Assembly (NCBI GenBank): GCA_977018835.1
Contig: OZ361256.1
Coordinates: 6,386,001 to 6,450,000 of the forward strand
Length of the DNA stretch: 64,000 nucleotides
Direction of reading: 5' to 3'
Source of the DNA: Minutocellus sp. GHC0000111
Lineage: Eukaryota
Below the pieces are notes generated by a model. It saw only the letters and a program-made list of their open reading frames with translations. It searched no databases and had not been told where the DNA came from. Shown piece by piece: positions 19,812 through 32,425 of the stretch (the stretch's first letter is position 1; each line of letters opens with the position of its first letter). Made by a program: the position numbers and the translations under genes.

Positions 19812-21648
19812 CTATTTGAGCTTCAGCAGGGAACGATATTGGCGCAAGGTATCATCGTATATTTCGCCGAGCTTGGCCTTCTGTTCGTCTTTGCTACCAC
19901 ACGCTCCTAGCTCTTCGCGATGAACCTTCAAAAGTCTCTTCTTCACCATTAATCGGTACTTCTTTTCCATGCCCTCGATGGTCTCTTCAATGGAAGAGGT
20001 TTCGTTCGATGAGCGGAGACCTTCAATTTTTGCTTCTACTGCGCGAAGTTTCGACATTTCCGAAGCAATGAGAATTTGTTGAGGTGTAACTCGAAGCTCT
20101 GCAGCTCCACTGGCTACTAGGTCCTCAGGGAGAGGTGACCAGAAAGCGTTCGAATCAACGTCGGTAGAAATACTCTGCAGGCCTCCAAGGTTCGATGAAT
20201 TTTGGAATCGCCTAAAATCAACCTTGTTGCGGAGAGCGACGAAGCCAGGGCATGGATCTTCAACGTTGACCTCAACAATTTCGTCGCTGCCTGACTCGGC
20301 ACTTCCATCAATACCACTACGACCCTCGGCAATTTTGTAAACTTCATTGAGCATCATACTTCCGTGTCCACCGCGCTGGTATGGGGGGAGGACAATCGCC
20401 TGGCAAACTCGCATCACAATACCAGGCTTGGGCTTGCAGAAGGGTGAATTAAAGTGAAAGAGCGTCGTGTAGCCAACGAGCGAATATTTGTCGGCTTCGT
20501 GACGACGGTACACATAGATACATTTCCAGTGCCCACCACCCTCGTTGGACGAAAGATCGACATTGTCGGCTGTCTCGATGAAGAACATGGTCATTCCCTG
20601 AACCTTGTTGTGATAATCGGCGACCATCTTATCGGAACCATCGGCCAACGTAAGGACAAATTCTGCCTCGATGCCATCACTCTTTGCATCTGCTTCGTCG
20701 GTATTGTTGCCTTGAACTGTTCGCTTGTATTCGGAAAGAACACGACCAAGTGGCTGCTGGAGATATCCATCATTCAGGGTACTGCAGTCATTGATACTGC
20801 TACTCTCAATTAAACTAGGCAAAGCCTTGCGCAAGCAGGAGATGATGTCCTTCACGTCCATTTTGTTCTCCAGTGATGATGTAGCATTGTCGACCGAAGT
20901 CGAGGCACTGCCATCTCCCTGATGATCGGCGAATGATACTGACGGCTTTTGACGTTTGGCGTCAGGAGAGACGGCCTCAGTGCTGCCATCACCGACATTT
21001 GAATTCGTCGTGTCGATGATTGGGCGTTTCTTGGTACCGATGGCACCAGAAGCAGCAGCATTGCCACTGTCATCACCATCGTCGTCATTTGCGCCAGGAC
21101 TGCTGGTAGTTTCCGACGGCATTGCTTCGGTCTGCTGGGCTGTGGCAATACAATTCGTGCAGTCTGGTGAAAGCTCGATACTTATCTCCAGCCGCGGGTC
21201 GTTTCCTCTGTGGTGAGAGTAGGAGCTGTGTGGTAGCATATTGCTGCTGTCCGTGTTTTGCAGATTGGCCTCATTTCGGATCCGATCTGGTGTGAGCAAT
21301 AAAAACAAGCACATAATGTGCAACGAGAGAGGAGAGCAAAGAGCGAGTTAGATGAACTCATCTGAAAGGATATAATAAGAGAACGGACACAAAATACCAG
21401 TTGGTTGCAACTGGTTCATGGGAATGCATGCACACACCTGCGGTTGCCCGAGCCTCCATCTCTGCCTCGGCGGTAGGCCGTCATCCTGGGATTCGCTCGT
21501 CGGGGAAGACTTGATGAAGGTACACGGGCCGAAAAGTAGAGCCCAGCAATGACAGCTTGATGCACGACGATGCCGAGGAAAGGCCCGCTGCTGGCTCCAG
21601 ATCTTCTACTGGAATGCCAGCATCGTCTGGAGTGAAGGTGCTCGGCAT
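19812..21648 (-). CDS. HAT1: Histone acetyltransferase type B catalytic subunit, 2 exons, with an in-frame TGA in exon 1
   Basis: Exon 1 (21648-21438) has the Hat1_N motif FRPVYLHQVFPDERIPG*. Phase-1 intron 21287-21437. Exon 2 has MFFIETAD, RVCQAIVLPPYQRGGHG, VEDPCPGF. Confidence 0.85.
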
Positions 21649-21706
21649 TCTTGGACTGCAGATGTGGCCGTTGGCAAAAACAATCGAGGGGGGCGGACCG
21701 GCTCGA

Positions 21707-21794
21707 GGTCGAGCGGTTGCACGGTTTTTTGAATTTTCCGGGAAATTTTCGGTCGAGCGGTTGCACGGTTTTTTGAATTTTCCGGGAAATTTTC
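21707..21794. repeat. Perfect 44-bp tandem duplication in the HAT1/RRM divergent promoter
   Basis: ggtcgagcggttgcacggttttttgaattttccgggaaattttc at 21707-21750 and 21751-21794. Confidence 0.95.
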
Positions 21795-22055
21795 GTGCGG
21801 TATTTTTCGTGCCAATGCGCTGGATTCGACTCATTCGATTCACTGGAAGGACCTCGCGCAAGTTGGTGCCCAACATGTCACCTAAAAGCGCTTTATTTAC
21901 GAGGTCTATCAATATCTAAATAATTGGGTTATGATCCTTGTCTGACCGTCAACCGTTAACAGTGCAATCCAGGAGCCGAGTGCGATTTCAGCTGGCTTTG
22001 GCCCTTTCCACTTCGTTCATTCAGTTCCAGACCGGAGCGACGCCTGCATCTAATT

Positions 22056-24100
22056 ATGGTAAGTCTGTCGAGATTTGTTCGCGGTGGTTGGTCGATTGCT
22101 TTCTCGATGAGGTGACTGTGAGAGTGGGTATCTTTTTGTAGGACTGAGCTGCACACTACCGGCAGTATTCGTCGCGCCATCTGACCTCTCCCAACGAACG
22201 GAAACCGAAAATCTCCCTCCGACACGTGTTGGAGGGAGTTTTGCCGGCCGAGACCCTTTTTGATATGGACAACTCTCTTTTACTTGGATGATCAAAGATG
22301 ATTGGCTGGGAATTAACTGAGCATCTCGTATTCCTTCTTCGGTCCTTCAAATGCTAACATTTCTCGTGCTTCTTTTCCTTTCATTTGCTCCTGCTTTGTG
22401 CCGTGCCGTGCTTCCTCCTCCCTCCATCGTCATCTGATGGGCTCCCTCCGTCCTGTTTATCGTGGTCATGTGCGGAACGTTCCCAATCGGTCTGATTGTT
22501 TTCCATAACAGTCTGATCCCACGCCTGCCGAAGCCCAGTCTGGCGACGCCACCGAAGTCCCGGCCGACACCCAGGCCGAGTCCTCGACCGGCGGCACCCC
22601 CGGCCGCAGGTACAACCGTCACAACAACCGTGCCGTTTACCAGCCCGACACGGGTACGGACCCCGCCTGCCGCGTCTACGTTGGCAACCTCAGCTGGGAT
22701 GTCACCTGGTCCGACCTCAAGGACCACATGAAGAGCACCGGCTGCGAGGTCACCCGGGCCAACGTCCTGGCCTCCCCCGACGGCCGGTCCAAGGGATGCG
22801 GAATCGTGGAGTTCTCCTCCGCCGAGGGTGCCCAGCGTGCCATCCTCACCCTCAACGATACCGAGCTCATGGGCCGCCAAATCTTCGTCCGCGAGGACCG
22901 CGAGGGTTCCTCCGGCGGCGGATACTACACCCAGCAGCAGGGTGGCGGAGCCGGCGGTGCCCGTGGTGGTGGATTTGTTTCCGGTGCCGAGCACCAGAGC
23001 CGACGTGTCTACGTCGGAAATCTTAGCTGGGACGTGGCCTGGCAGGATTTGAAGGATCACATGTAAGTTGTTGTTTTGTTTTGTTGTTCTTGTCTTGTCC
23101 TTTGGCATTCTCTTGCTGCCCTTTGTTGGAAAAGGCCGGCTGCGGAAGCCCTCGGTTTGCCCATCACTCATATATGTTTTGTTTTTTCACCGACCCGACC
23201 ACCCTACTATTTTACTTCTCTTCAGGCGTGAGGCCGGTGAGGTTATTTACTGCGATGTCATGAAGGAGCGCGATGGCCGATCCAAGGGATGCGGAATCGT
23301 TGAGTTCTCCACCCCCGAGGAGGCCCAGGAAGCCATCAAGACCTTGACCGACACCGAGATCAAGGGTCGTATGATTTTCGTCCGCGAGGACCGTGAGACC
23401 ACCAGCAGCGCCGGCGGTTTCGGAAACCGCGGTGGATGCAACGTCTACGTTGGCAACCTCTCTTACGAGACCTCCTGGCAAGATCTCAAGGATGTAAGTC
23501 ATCAATCAATCGTCTCCTCAAATAAATTCTTTTACTATCGGATGTTGCAACCATGTCCGAGTTGATCTTTTACTCACAATATCCTTTGCTTTCCCTCTTC
23601 CTTCTTGACCGCCTCGCCAACAGCACATGCGCCAGGCAGGCAATGTCGACAAGGCCGATATTCTCCAGAGCCCCGACGGCCGCTCCAAGGGGTGTGGCAT
23701 CGTCCAGTACCAGAGACCCCAGGACGCCGCCCGTGCCATCCGCGAGCTCCAGAACTCCGAGCTCAACGGAAGGCCCATCTTTGTCCGTGAGGATCGTGAG
23801 GCCGGTGGATTCCGTCGTGGTGGAAACCGCCGTGGTGGAGGAGGCTCCCACAATGTCCCTGCTGATGGTACCCAGCTTTTTGTTGGCAACCTCAGCTACG
23901 ACACCAACTGGCGCGAGCTCAAGGATTACTTCCGTCAGATCGGAGAGGTTGACCGCGCCGATGTCAAGCGAGGCTTCGGTACCGTCCGCTTCACGAACGC
24001 CGACGATGCTCAGGCTGCCATCGAGCGCCTCAATGGCACTGAACTTGGTGGCCGCGAGCTAGAGGTCAGGCTTGACGAGAAGGTCGGAGGAGGATTTTAA
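22056..24100 (+). CDS. Four-RRM RNA-binding protein, Gbp2/Hrb1/hnRNP M-like
   Basis: Exons: ATG 22056-22058, 22512-23062, 23226-23493, 23624-24100. Repeated YVGNL..W.DLKDHM and DGRSKGCGIV. Confidence 0.88.
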
Positions 24101-24703
24101 AGGCGCGCTTTATCGTACGATCGTACGTACCAGTAGTGAGCCTGCAGCCGTGCGAGAGGGTTGACAAGTCTACCTTGTTCGATGCCTCCGCTGTATTTGT
24201 TCCGTTCCAACCAAATTGTCTCTGTTGACCCAAGAGAGCGCTACCTACCAAAGCTTTGCTCCTTGCGATTTATCTCCCCCTTTTCCGTTACTCATACCAT
24301 CGTTCAGAGCAGTATATTTACATCCCATAGACCTGTATCTATGAAATCGTTTGAACCTGCGACTAGTCATCACATCACATACCACAGACCCGCTTCTTTC
24401 GAGAGTAGTAAGATATAGTTAGACGTCATATCAACAACAATGTTTCATCTAGTAGTGGTGCTGCTACGTTTTAATCATCTCGGACATGAGACAAAAGTTA
24501 TCGACTGGCAAAATCATCTCGGTTTGGCCGATGATACGTGGCCAGACTGATTTTTGAACCCCTGGGAGCTTCTCATATGCAATAAAATGAACCTTCCAAT
24601 CAAATATCCCGTTGATCGATTCTCGCTCTGCACAATCCATTCAATGGGGCTTTGAAGATAAGCGAGTGGATACAAAACAAAAACGTCAGATCTGACAGTC
24701 CGT

Positions 24704-26047
24704 TCATTCCTCTCCTTCGTCCTCCTCCTCCTCTTCTCCCTCATCTCCGCTCTCCTCCAACTCGGCCAGCATCGTCGGGTCGGGTTCCTCTCCCAAAACT
24801 TCGGCGCAGAAGCAAATGACTTGCTTCCTTCCAATCTCCAGATGAGATCGTGGACCCATGGCGTATTGGATTTGGCCAGCATCGGATGCGGCAGCCCCGA
24901 CGGGCATCACCTTCTCCTTGATGAGGTAGTCCATGTGAAGGAAGCGCTCGATCGCCGTATCGACATCGGGAGTGCCGTACGGGCCGGATCCATCGTCATC
25001 CTCGTCGTCGGCGACAGAGGAGGCATTGGCCGTCCGACTCCGACCAGAAGCCTTCTTGCCACCGCTGGAATGGGCCGGAGGCTCTTCCGGGATGTTCTCA
25101 TCGATGGAATTGAGGAGACGGTACAGCGCATCCTCCGGAATCCATCGGTGGCCCTGCCGAGTGTCACCCTTGCAGTAGGCCAACGCCAGGACCAGCATGA
25201 GTAGGCCCTTCTCCACGGCGCTGGACGTGTGGACGCTGTGCATCATCTTGGAGTGACTTCCGTCTTCATGGACCTTGTTGAGGACGTAGTAACGGTTCTG
25301 ATACGTCTTGGGCAGATTCTCGAGCTGGTTCTCGGGGACCATGGCCAGCTCGAAGCCAAACACATCCCGCAGGCGCTTCTTGGCCTCCTCGAATGCGGCA
25401 GTATTCACCTTCTTGGTCAAGCTATCGGTAAGCTCTGCCTTGGCTTCATTGTACACCTTGGTCTGAACGTAACAAGGGTAAGCAATGCAGTGAAACATGG
25501 TGAGGTCGAGAAGGAGATTTACATGTGAACGTGCACTTGATGATACCGTTTCATTCCAACACCGTGGACCACACGGTAACCTCCCACTCCCGACACTCTT
25601 TGCAGCCCAATAATTTGATGTGATATCAAGAGGATATTTACAGGCTGACACAAGCCAAAATACTGCAATGAATGTTTTGTTCATTCGCCCACTGCCCATA
25701 ACTGCATTTAAATTCCCGCCCCCGCCAAACGGTACATCTCTCCCTCTCATATTTCCATCTTTTCGCTCGCTCACCTTGTCAATCGTCTCGCCCGCCAATG
25801 CCTTGAAGAGGAGGAGGCGGCTGAGCGTCGTCAACAGCTTCTCCCGCACGTGCGGGTCGAGGGAGTCCAGGTTCTGCTTCTCCCGGTCCTTGGCCTCAGG
25901 AACGGCCTGGCTCATCTCGGGCATGTGCTGCGAAAACATCATGGCCATTTCCTCGTTGTCGGAGTACTCTTCGGGTTCGGCGGCCGCGGCGGCAGCGGGA
26001 GCGGCAGCAGCGGAGGCCTTCTTGCGGGAGGAGGCTGTTCGGGGCAT
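24704..26047 (-). CDS. NSE3: MAGE-domain SMC5/6 subunit NSE3
   Basis: LRDVFGFEL, KGLLMLVLAL, YAMGPRSHLEIGRKQV. Intron 25463-25774 (312 nt, in frame). Confidence 0.82.
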   Translation of the reverse strand: MPRTASSRKKASAAAAPAAAAAAEPEEYSDNEEMAMMFSQHMPEMSQAVPEAKDREKQNLDSLDPHVREKLLTTLSRLLLFKALAGETIDKVSERKDGNMRGRDVPFGGGGNLNAVMGSGRMNKTFIAVFWLVSACKYPLDITSNYWAAKSVGSGRLPCGPRCWNETVSSSARSHVNLLLDLTMFHCIAYPCYVQTKVYNEAKAELTDSLTKKVNTAAFEEAKKRLRDVFGFELAMVPENQLENLPKTYQNRYYVLNKVHEDGSHSKMMHSVHTSSAVEKGLLMLVLALAYCKGDTRQGHRWIPEDALYRLLNSIDENIPEEPPAHSSGGKKASGRSRTANASSVADDEDDDGSGPYGTPDVDTAIERFLHMDYLIKEKVMPVGAAASDAGQIQYAMGPRSHLEIGRKQVICFCAEVLGEEPDPTMLAELEESGDEGEEEEEDEGEE

Positions 26048-26325
26048 TCTTACAATTGTATTGCTGGCAGTCCGGCGAGAGTATTGCTTGGGGCGGCACT
26101 TTATGACCAAAAATGGCGGCAAAGCGGCACCGCGGCACCGAGCGAGCAAGCAAGCCGGCCGGCTTTTCACTCGAACTCCCCAGCAGTCGAATGCAAGCAA
26201 GGCAAATGGGAATCGAATCAAAAAGCCCCCCGCCCCCTTGCCACGACGGTGGCAGCGGCGCGAAGATCGAACGAACAGAGAGGGAGCAGCAAAGATCGAA
26301 CGAACAGTCAGAGGCAAAGCATGCG

Positions 26326-29300
26326 ATGGGCCTCCTATCGAAGCTCTCGATAGGGGCCATCGACCTGCCCGTCGGTCCGCAGGCCGATGCGCGGGAGCTC
26401 GAGTACATATGCTGCCTCCTCCAGACGGCCCTCCCAGATCTTCGTGACGATGCCACCATCTCCGCCACTGATATTCGACTGTATCTCCGGAGCAGATATG
26501 GCCTCAGCGTCACGCCCGACTTGGCGATCGACATAGTGAATGGACTTGGCGGTGGAGATGATGAACGGCGGAGAAGAAGGAGACACGTGCGTCGTCAGCA
26601 TCAACAGAATCTCAGTGATGTTGAGGGGTGTGATCGGGTGGGAGGAGATGAGACTGAATATAATGATGACGACAAAGCCAGTGATGCGCATGCGCCAACC
26701 CAGGATATTGTTGACGATTCGAAGCGTACTAATGACAATCCGTGCGAACAGGTGGAGGCTGATGAGGAAATGGGCCTATTCGAGTCGGCCAGGGCAAGTG
26801 GTATCATTGACAGCAACAATATAGGTAAAGTTGGTGCTGATAAGGGAGCACTTCCCGACACCTCGAGTCGGCAGTCTTCTCTCTTCTTTGATGCTATGGA
26901 GTCTGCAACTGATATCGGTGGTGGTATTGATACGGCTGATGGAGATGATCAGGAAGCAGTTGATAGACAAGCAAAGGCTGGACCAAACGGTTCTGGTACT
27001 TCCACAGCTCTTGAAGTAAATACCGACCTTGAACATTCCATCATGACGACGGATGATTCCAAAAGGAGGGTGCAGTGGTCAAAGAAGTTTCCATCAGTTT
27101 CCAAAGCACCTAAATCGGAATCGCCTCCACCAGTATCGCACAGTAGTACCAATGCTAGCGACAATAGAGAGGTGTATTTTGACCTGGTTCAGGTGCTGGG
27201 GGCAATACTCATACCTACGCTGATAAAGTCGAAACGAGAGGCGGATATTGCCAATGGCATTATCGAAGAAGACCCACCGATACCGGATAATCCAGGAGTA
27301 TCTTTTCGTCTACTCTTGCACCAGCCCCGTCAATTCTTTGCCAACCACCACGAATCCATGCGGCTGAAACGAAAAAGAATAGAGAGGGCAGAGCAAAATT
27401 CTCTCCGACCACACAAGCGTCTTATTCGAGATGTACTGATTATGCTGGTGCACCACGTTGATGAATCCAATCCGAACCTGATGCTTCACAGGGCGCAGGA
27501 ATCCAAGGATGTGCGCAACAAGAGTCCAGCAAATAATACTCCCCGTCTTCGTCGGGTAGTGATTAGCGAAGACTTTGTGAGGGATCTTTTACTTTCCTTC
27601 GGTGAAATCGGAGCAGCTGATGACGATGAACTAATCAGAGAGATGGTCATTGTCGCAGGAGGAGACGGTACCGTCCTAGATGAACTAGCATTTGCTCGTG
27701 CCCTCACGAGCGATATTCTTGCGTGGACTTGTGGAATGGAAGATGGCATAAACGAGACATTTGTAGACGTATGGGGGTTTGATCCTGTGGCAAAGAATGA
27801 ATATGATCTAGCTCGAACTGTGCTCGCAGCTAGTGCCGATGTTGTTGCAGATGCTGCAGATTTGGCCATTGCAACTGGCATTACGGCTGCGAATGTGGCC
27901 ACGGAGGCGATAGATGTTGTGAAACCAGCGGATACAAAACAAGATTCATCGAAAACAGATCCTGATGGAACTGCAACCCAGTCCGTAGCGGGTCCAAACA
28001 AGGAAGAAGGACAAGGACAAGAGGGGGGAATCAAGTTTGTCCATACAGCACACTACATCGACTATGTGTGTGATAGCTTCCGGTCCTTGTTCTTTCAGAT
28101 GGCTCTTTATGGTGAGTTGAGATTATCTGCATGCGATTCAATTTACATTCTGGGATTTTCTTTGCAACATCAGAAATCCAAGACCCCGATTCTCAACCAC
28201 TGTCTGGACCAACTCTAATCTACTTTGTTTTGCTACGTATCTGTTGTGATATATTCTCTTTAGTCTTTTATCTATTCTCGGCAGCGATTGGAATGTCAAT
28301 GATAGGAACACTAAACATGAGCCGCTTCATCAGTAAGTTTTTAAATTGATAAGCCCCTTGTCGGGTTCTATTTATTATTCGTTCTTTGTCCATGCATGAC
28401 ATTCACATTATGTCTAATTATTTTTACACAAACGCTTGGCTCTCGTCTTACCTACATGCAGAGTGCGAGCCTTCATTTTGGTGCAACCTAGGCACTCAAG
28501 TCTGGCAATGGTTTGGTAAGTCTCGATTAATTCTTTGATGTGTAATTGAATGCTGTTAATGTTCTCACATCATTCTCTTGCCACTTACATGTAAAGTTCT
28601 GGCCTTAATACTGAGTGCAAGTGGCGTCATCATCATTGGGCCGATCTCAATGGCCAACGACCCCTATAACCGGAGCTGGAAGAAAACTTCGCTCTCTGTT
28701 TTGTGGCTACTTGCAATTACATTGACTACTTTTTTGCCATATTTTTCTACGAAAAGGGAATTCCGCATGATGAAGGCAAACTAAATGATCTCGAGCGTCT
28801 AGTTCAGGGCTTCTATTTTCAGCTTGGCATTCGAGTCTACCTTGCGTTTGGAATAGTATTGTGTCTCTTCATGCTTCGTTTTATATTTCAGATGTGTGTA
28901 TCGAGAGAATTTATTCGCAACAACAGGGTTTTGCGGGCGTTGACTCTCCCATATGGTGTTCGTCGAGCAACCGATACGAAAAGAGCTTCTACGAGGAAGA
29001 TCAATTCTGTTTTGGCGAATGCCGTAAAAATGCACTTTAGAGATTGGGATGGCGTGAAGGTGACAGCAGCTGAGCGATTTATCATAGAGCCCGAGAGGAG
29101 CATGCGAGTCGGCGGCTTAATTTGGTCTTGGTGGAATCTATTGACGAGGAAATTGTCAACTCACTATGGGATCTGGCTTCAGAGTCGGCTGTCAATCGCT
29201 CAAGAGTGTCAGGTAATCGTCCTCCTTTTCAGTATCGCTCTTCTCGTATGGGGCGCCGACTCACTGGCATCTGATGCCGAGAGGAAGCGAGCCGAACTCC

Positions 29301-30643
29301 AAGCTGAACCAGACGGTCCTTTAAAAGATGAAGCTCTTCGCTTTGTTCCAAAACCTTGGGTCATTAAAGCAACATTTGCTTTCGGTGGATTCTTTGCCAT
29401 CACTGTTGCTATCGTTATTATCCCTATTTATCTTCCTTCCACGGTCGCTACTATCCTTGCCTTGCGGTGTGGGAAAATTGCAACATTTCGAGATCAAGAT
29501 CACTTTTTCCTCAATCGAAAGGCCTCTGATAAAGTCTTTTACAACGTTGCTAACGCGGTAAGTCTCAATACTTACTGTGGTGTGGAGTCAATTTCATCTT
29601 TACTTTTTTGCCAATACGTCGGACTCATCTCCTTCTTCACACTCTTTTGTTGCCATACATGTAGATATACGCGCTGTTGGGCTCAGCAGGACTATTCTTT
29701 CTCATCTTCGGAGGCATCTTATTTCTCTTCTTATGGCCTGTAAGCTCTGAGACGATGTTTCTCTTACTATCCTGGTGTCTCGGTCTGGGCATTACGATTG
29801 GAATAAAGACGGTACTTATGATGCTCTCGAGGAAGGAATGCCATCAAGCGTTGATGAGAAAGCGTGTGAAGGCGTCGAATTACAATGCCCTTGCTATGGA
29901 GTGCTGGCAACTGGGGGTGGGTGGTGGCGCGTTGTTGTCTAGGTGAGACTTCTGACATGAGTAGGAGGATTTTCCAAGATTTGGCTCGTTTGTTCAACAC
30001 ACTTTGCAACTCACTAAACCTGAATGTCCACTTCGTCCTAACGACAAATTTCATTCCTTCTTTCTTTTCAAAACCCTCTCCTAGGCTGTGCCAATTTCTC
30101 TTTGCCGCGGCGTTTTGGATAGGAAGGATAGACGTAGTATTTCTTGATGAAGACGTGTCACTGTTTGGATATAGTTTCGACTACGTTCCAATCAACTACC
30201 GGACTGAGCTCGTTGTACACGAGGTCCATAAGCATCCTTGGATCAACCGTCTGGGCGGTATGTTTCTTATGCGCATTAAGCATGGCCAAGACTTTTCTTC
30301 TGCGGCAGGTGCAAAGTGGCGTCTGCTCTTTACGCTTAGTTTATTCCCTTGGCTAGCACGGTACAGGAAGAAGAGGGGCGGTGGAGATGATGGTGACTCG
30401 GATGATGATGATGATGGTGAGTTGATGGTGCTATCTTCAATAAACACCCCAAATCGAGGGAGAATTGAACGCCTCAAGCGGCGCATTGCAGCCAGAGAAG
30501 GACTACATGTAGGGGGTAGGAGTCCTATTGGAATATTTAGAAAGAAAGGCGGCCTTGACGTTGAAGAGGAAGAAGTTCAAGAACTGCCTATGGAAGATGC
30601 AAGTACTCACAACCGCACCGGATTTGATGTTCTCATGGGTTAG
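26326..30643 (+). CDS. Large multi-exon polytopic membrane protein with STRA6-like C-terminus
   Basis: Long first exon to 28111, then hydrophobic exons. C-terminus reads WIGRIDVVFL...E.HKHP...AGAKWRLLFTLSLFPWLARYRK. Confidence 0.65.
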
Positions 30644-30712
30644 CTGGAATGCATAGGTCGTGTCCTATCGTATAATCATTGAGCCTATCGTATTAATATA
30701 TAACCACCTAGA

Positions 30713-32425
30713 CTAGTATTTCAGGGGCTCGTATAAAAAGTAGTGTTTTTGGTTGGTGTATGCAACCTGATTCACGGGGTGAAACGGCGCAACGTCGCGC
30801 TTCCCGCACAGGAAACCGCACAGATCTGCAGCAAACGTTTGGCAATTGCGTCGAATTTCAGAGTAGGTTTGATCCCTCCTAATATAGTTGAGCAGGTAGG
30901 TGGCGACATTCCGGCGACTCCTGTACGTGAGCCTCGCCTCGTGACTAAAGGTTGGTCTGATGTCAACGAACCGTCCAGTATGGCCTTCGTTCTGCTGCAT
31001 GAATGCGAGGAATGAATCGTATGAATCGTGAGGCACGTCATGAATGCGAATCTCGCTCATGGTCTCCTTCCAAGGCAGAATCATCTCTGGGGGCATGGCA
31101 GCATAGAGTCGAGACTGAGGAACATCCTTATCGACATACCAATTGCTCTTTCCTTTGTATCCACCAACACCGTTCAGATATCCTATCTCTACAACTGTAC
31201 AGTACTCTTGATGGTTCCATTCTAAAAGTACCAGCGCGTGATATGTCAATTGTTCCCTGGGCGTTTCTTTCCGTCCTCCAGTCGCGTAGCGATGACTTAT
31301 CATATGGACTCGCTTTACAAGCGGATCATCTTCCTCTCGATCGCACTTGAAGCGGCTAATCAAGTCTGTTCCATAGGTTACAGTCAGCGGGCCATTGGGG
31401 TGCGCACAAGTTTGGCCCTGCACCCAAAACACAAAGCCGGGGCTTCCGCTCCGCCAGCCGTGAGCAGACCACGGCGCTGCTCGCAGTCTTACTCGGATTT
31501 CGAGGCCGTCCGACTTTGAGTAAGAAGGATCCGTGCCTTTTTCTTTACCATCTTCGATACTGTCCCACAGAGTACTCCATCCCATGCGGCGCCCAACAAA
31601 AGATCGACCTTCCCTTGATTCTATTTTCAACATCTGCAACGGTGTCTTTTGCAACCCGGGCCATCCATTTATGACACCAGTAAATATCCAACGAGGGGGT
31701 GAATTTGTGCTTTCGTCTTTCTTGATTGACATTGCCTGCATCGAGTGGCGAACATCGCGGTCCCACAAGTCATCGTAGCCGCCCTCGGCTTGAACTTCAA
31801 CACTTGGCTTTCCGACTCTCGTAATCGATGAGAAGAAGTTGGCTGCCGTAATCGGAAAAGGCATTTTACGTCGGGGTTTTGGCTGCTTTGCCTTGTCGTT
31901 GTAATCTTTTTCTCGGACAAATTTGAGCTTCTTTCCAGAATTATAATCGTTGGGCAATATGAGCACTTTGTAAAGTAGGCCACCATCTTTATCTTCGCCA
32001 ATCTCACGCTCCAGAGCATCCTTATCGGGTTTTCGGCCATAAGATGAATGAGTGCAGCGTGGGTCCTGTCCTGGCGCGTCGCAGGATGCACCATCGGCTG
32101 TTGCGCCTGGACAGATCCATTTTTCAGCAGCTGCTTCATTACTCGTACCTATAGTGCTCACTTCCAAATCAACGTCGCGAGATAGCAGCTCTCCCATTTC
32201 AGAAGCTGATACCGCAGTGCTTCCGTCGGTTCCATCGTCATCGTCACCATGATCGTAGGAACCAGGCTCAATGAGAATGCCGTCAATTAACTCGAGAATC
32301 TTGTACTTTCCCTTTTGCGGTAACGATGCGCTAGATTCGGATGCTTCAGCTCCGTTGGCAGACCCGCTGACATCAGAGGCTACCGATGAGACCGAGGACG
32401 CTGATCTGCGTTGTTGTGTCGACAT
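30713..32425 (-). CDS. Hypothetical protein with C-terminal permuted papain-like (PPPDE/NlpC-P60-like) motifs
   Basis: 570-aa ORF with TYHALVLL followed by YSEIRRNCQTFA. Confidence 0.65.
   Translation of the reverse strand: MSTQQRRSASSVSSVASDVSGSANGAEASESSASLPQKGKYKILELIDGILIEPGSYDHGDDDDGTDGSTAVSASEMGELLSRDVDLEVSTIGTSNEAAAEKWICPGATADGASCDAPGQDPRCTHSSYGRKPDKDALEREIGEDKDGGLLYKVLILPNDYNSGKKLKFVREKDYNDKAKQPKPRRKMPFPITAANFFSSITRVGKPSVEVQAEGGYDDLWDRDVRHSMQAMSIKKDESTNSPPRWIFTGVINGWPGLQKTPLQMLKIESREGRSFVGRRMGWSTLWDSIEDGKEKGTDPSYSKSDGLEIRVRLRAAPWSAHGWRSGSPGFVFWVQGQTCAHPNGPLTVTYGTDLISRFKCDREEDDPLVKRVHMISHRYATGGRKETPREQLTYHALVLLEWNHQEYCTVVEIGYLNGVGGYKGKSNWYVDKDVPQSRLYAAMPPEMILPWKETMSEIRIHDVPHDSYDSFLAFMQQNEGHTGRFVDIRPTFSHEARLTYRSRRNVATYLLNYIRRDQTYSEIRRNCQTFAADLCGFLCGKRDVAPFHPVNQVAYTNQKHYFLYEPLKY

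Noticed and set aside
16014..21483. Genome-wide TGA reassignment suggested by two in-frame TGAs
   Set aside because: TGA ends clear genes here (thioredoxin, SSB), Trp uses TGG throughout, and the assembly shows many other errors.
25463..25774. Apparent protein insertions in NSE3 and in the kinase (3689-3811)
   Set aside because: Stop-free in-frame GT-AG introns.
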